In this document: positions 62,418-64,000 of the stretch, in pieces
Layout of the letters: every line of letters begins with the position of its first letter
Numbering within the stretch: position 1 is the stretch's first letter
Sequence record: MK250021.1
Length of the DNA: 64,000 bases
Direction: 5' to 3' (one strand)
The notes under the pieces: generated by a model
The model's input: the letters and a program-made list of their open reading frames with translations, nothing else
The model's database searches: none
Told to the model about the DNA's origin: nothing
Position numbers and translations under genes: made by a program

Positions 62418-62654
62418 TTAATATACAAATTGAATCTTTGATTCAGCCATATTTGTGATACGCCATGAGAACATAGTACCACTCATTTGCTCAGTTACCT
62501 TGTGTTCACAATTTGTAACATTTGTAGCCTCAACAAGATGCACTTCCTTAATTTTCTTAGGCTTACCATTATCTGGATTTTCTCCATCAATAACAACAGT
62601 ACACATATAGAACTTATTGCCTTCTGATGGTTGCATTACTTTCATGTCTTCCAT
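62418..62654 (-). CDS. DUF4494-like Bacteroidetes protein
   Basis: FYMCTV..ENPDNGKPKKIKEVHLVEA. Confidence 0.55.
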   Translation of the reverse strand: MEDMKVMQPSEGNKFYMCTVVIDGENPDNGKPKKIKEVHLVEATNVTNCEHKVTEQMSGTMFSWRITNMAESKIQFVY

Positions 62655-62850
62655 AAATTAAACAATTAAATTTGATTTTTTACTTCTTGCTTATCCTTCT
62701 TAGTTTTAGTTTTTAAATTAATTATTTTTAAAAAACCTATGTTTCTTGTTTCATAGACACACTACTTTTTAGTATAGTTATTATTTATAACTTCTGTCAT
62801 CCATAGTTAGTATCTCCACAAGCGTAAATTCGGTAAAACTCAACCCTATT

Positions 62851-63165
62851 TTAAACTATTAAATTTAATTTTTTCTCTTCTTGCTTATCATTTTTATTCT
62901 TCATATTCTTTCTACTTTCAAAAAGTTTCTTATCATATGGACTTAATTCCCTACAATTAGCACATATAAAAACTTTCAATGGAACTTGTGTAGTTTCTGA
63001 ACCTTGACCAATAAGCATACCAGGAACTTTCTTAAAAATAATACCAGGTATAAAAACCTCACATCCACAATTTGGACATACTTCTGAAGGATAATCTAAC
63101 GGATTTACCGCTGGCATATTTGCATTAGTACCAGCGGCATTTCCAAATAGTTTGCTATTTTCCAT
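62851..63165 (-). CDS. Zn-ribbon hypothetical protein
   Basis: CPNCG..FICANC. Confidence 0.65.
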   Translation of the reverse strand: MENSKLFGNAAGTNANMPAVNPLDYPSEVCPNCGCEVFIPGIIFKKVPGMLIGQGSETTQVPLKVFICANCRELSPYDKKLFESRKNMKNKNDKQEEKKLNLIV

Positions 63166-63998
63166 TAGTCAACTTTATTTTCTTCTTTTTCTGCATCAGC
63201 TGCAGCTTCTTCAGCCTCACGACGTGCAATAACAGCATCACGTTCATCAGATGGTACATCTGACAAAATTACACGATTCTTCTCAATCTTATGTACATAT
63301 ACCTGTACATTTGCACCTGCAGGAATTTCATTATTTCTCATTGCCTCGCGAGTCTCATCCTTTACAAGTGTCTTATGCAACATACCTGTAATAAACTCGT
63401 CAAGCTCGACGAACACACCAAATGAGGTTGTACCTGTTACTTTACCCTCAAATACATGGTCCTTATCATTCTCCAACAAATCCTCAAGTTCACGAAGCTT
63501 GACTGGAAGCATTGTTCTCAAGAACTTCTTACGTGATACAACAAAACCATAATTTGGATCATAAGATTCAATCATAACCTCAAACTTAGTACCAACCATG
63601 CTCTCAAAATCAGTTACACGGTTAGCTGCTGCCATTGAACCAGGCATAAATGCCTTAACCGTATTCATAATATCAACAACAAATCCACCCTTATTAGTAG
63701 ACAAAATTGTTGCGTAATATGCCTTAGACTTCTTGGTAATCTGTTCCTTCATCTCTCTCTCAAGAGTTTCAACATAACCATTCCAGATAGACGCTTTCTC
63801 AACATCACCCTCTGTAATCTTAGCATTCAAATCCATACCAAGAAGTTGTTCCTTAAACTTAGGGTCCTTCAATGCGGTTACAAACATATCCTTATCCATT
63901 GTCTTATCATCACCGACATTGAACTGATTAAAGAACTGATGTTCCTTATTAAGATCAACGATAACATTGTTAGAACCACCATTAATTGTCAACATCAA
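63165..63998 (-). CDS. Ribosomal protein S1-like protein (two S1 domains); 5' end may lie outside the window
   Basis: STNKGGFVVDI..AFMPGS, GKVTGTTSFGVFVELDEFITGMLH. Confidence 0.8.
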   Translation of the reverse strand: MMLTINGGSNNVIVDLNKEHQFFNQFNVGDDKTMDKDMFVTALKDPKFKEQLLGMDLNAKITEGDVEKASIWNGYVETLEREMKEQITKKSKAYYATILSTNKGGFVVDIMNTVKAFMPGSMAAANRVTDFESMVGTKFEVMIESYDPNYGFVVSRKKFLRTMLPVKLRELEDLLENDKDHVFEGKVTGTTSFGVFVELDEFITGMLHKTLVKDETREAMRNNEIPAGANVQVYVHKIEKNRVILSDVPSDERDAVIARREAEEAAADAEKEENKVD

Positions 63999-64000
63999 TG

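Overview
A 64-kb segment of a very AT-rich jumbo/megaphage genome. It is most consistent with a Lak-like phage of Bacteroidetes (Prevotella-type host): TAnnTTTG promoters, A-rich SD-less starts, and Bacteroidetes-type HtpG, NrdD and lipoprotein. It uses genetic code 15 (TAG=Gln), so many ORFs in the supplied track are fragments of longer genes. Layout: (1) 1-15.5 kb is a tRNA array of about 23 tRNAs, with tRNA-framed and multi-hairpin RNAs and free-standing homing endonucleases. It includes a tRNA-Asn whose anticodon loop contains a second tRNA-like element. (2) 16-25.5 kb holds TAG-free (probably early) genes, including a tight operon hisG-like / NMP kinase / HAM1 ITPase / coaD-like / purC-like. 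The HisG+PurC-like pair recalls pentostatin/coformycin (adenosine-deaminase inhibitor) biosynthesis, making this the best candidate for an undescribed system, possibly small-molecule anti-defence. (3) 25.6-34.8 kb holds TAG-rich late/structural genes: a tail tube gene (itself TAG-free) and three peptidoglycan-hydrolase baseplate genes. (4) 34.9-64 kb is on the minus strand: nrdD split by five group I introns and a mini-intein, htpG, telA, a CNNM protein, phosphoesterases, an RNA ligase with a LAGLIDADG gene inserted at its 3' end, a replicative helicase, Thg1 and an S1-domain protein. All calls were made by eye from motifs; no database searches or folding programs were run.
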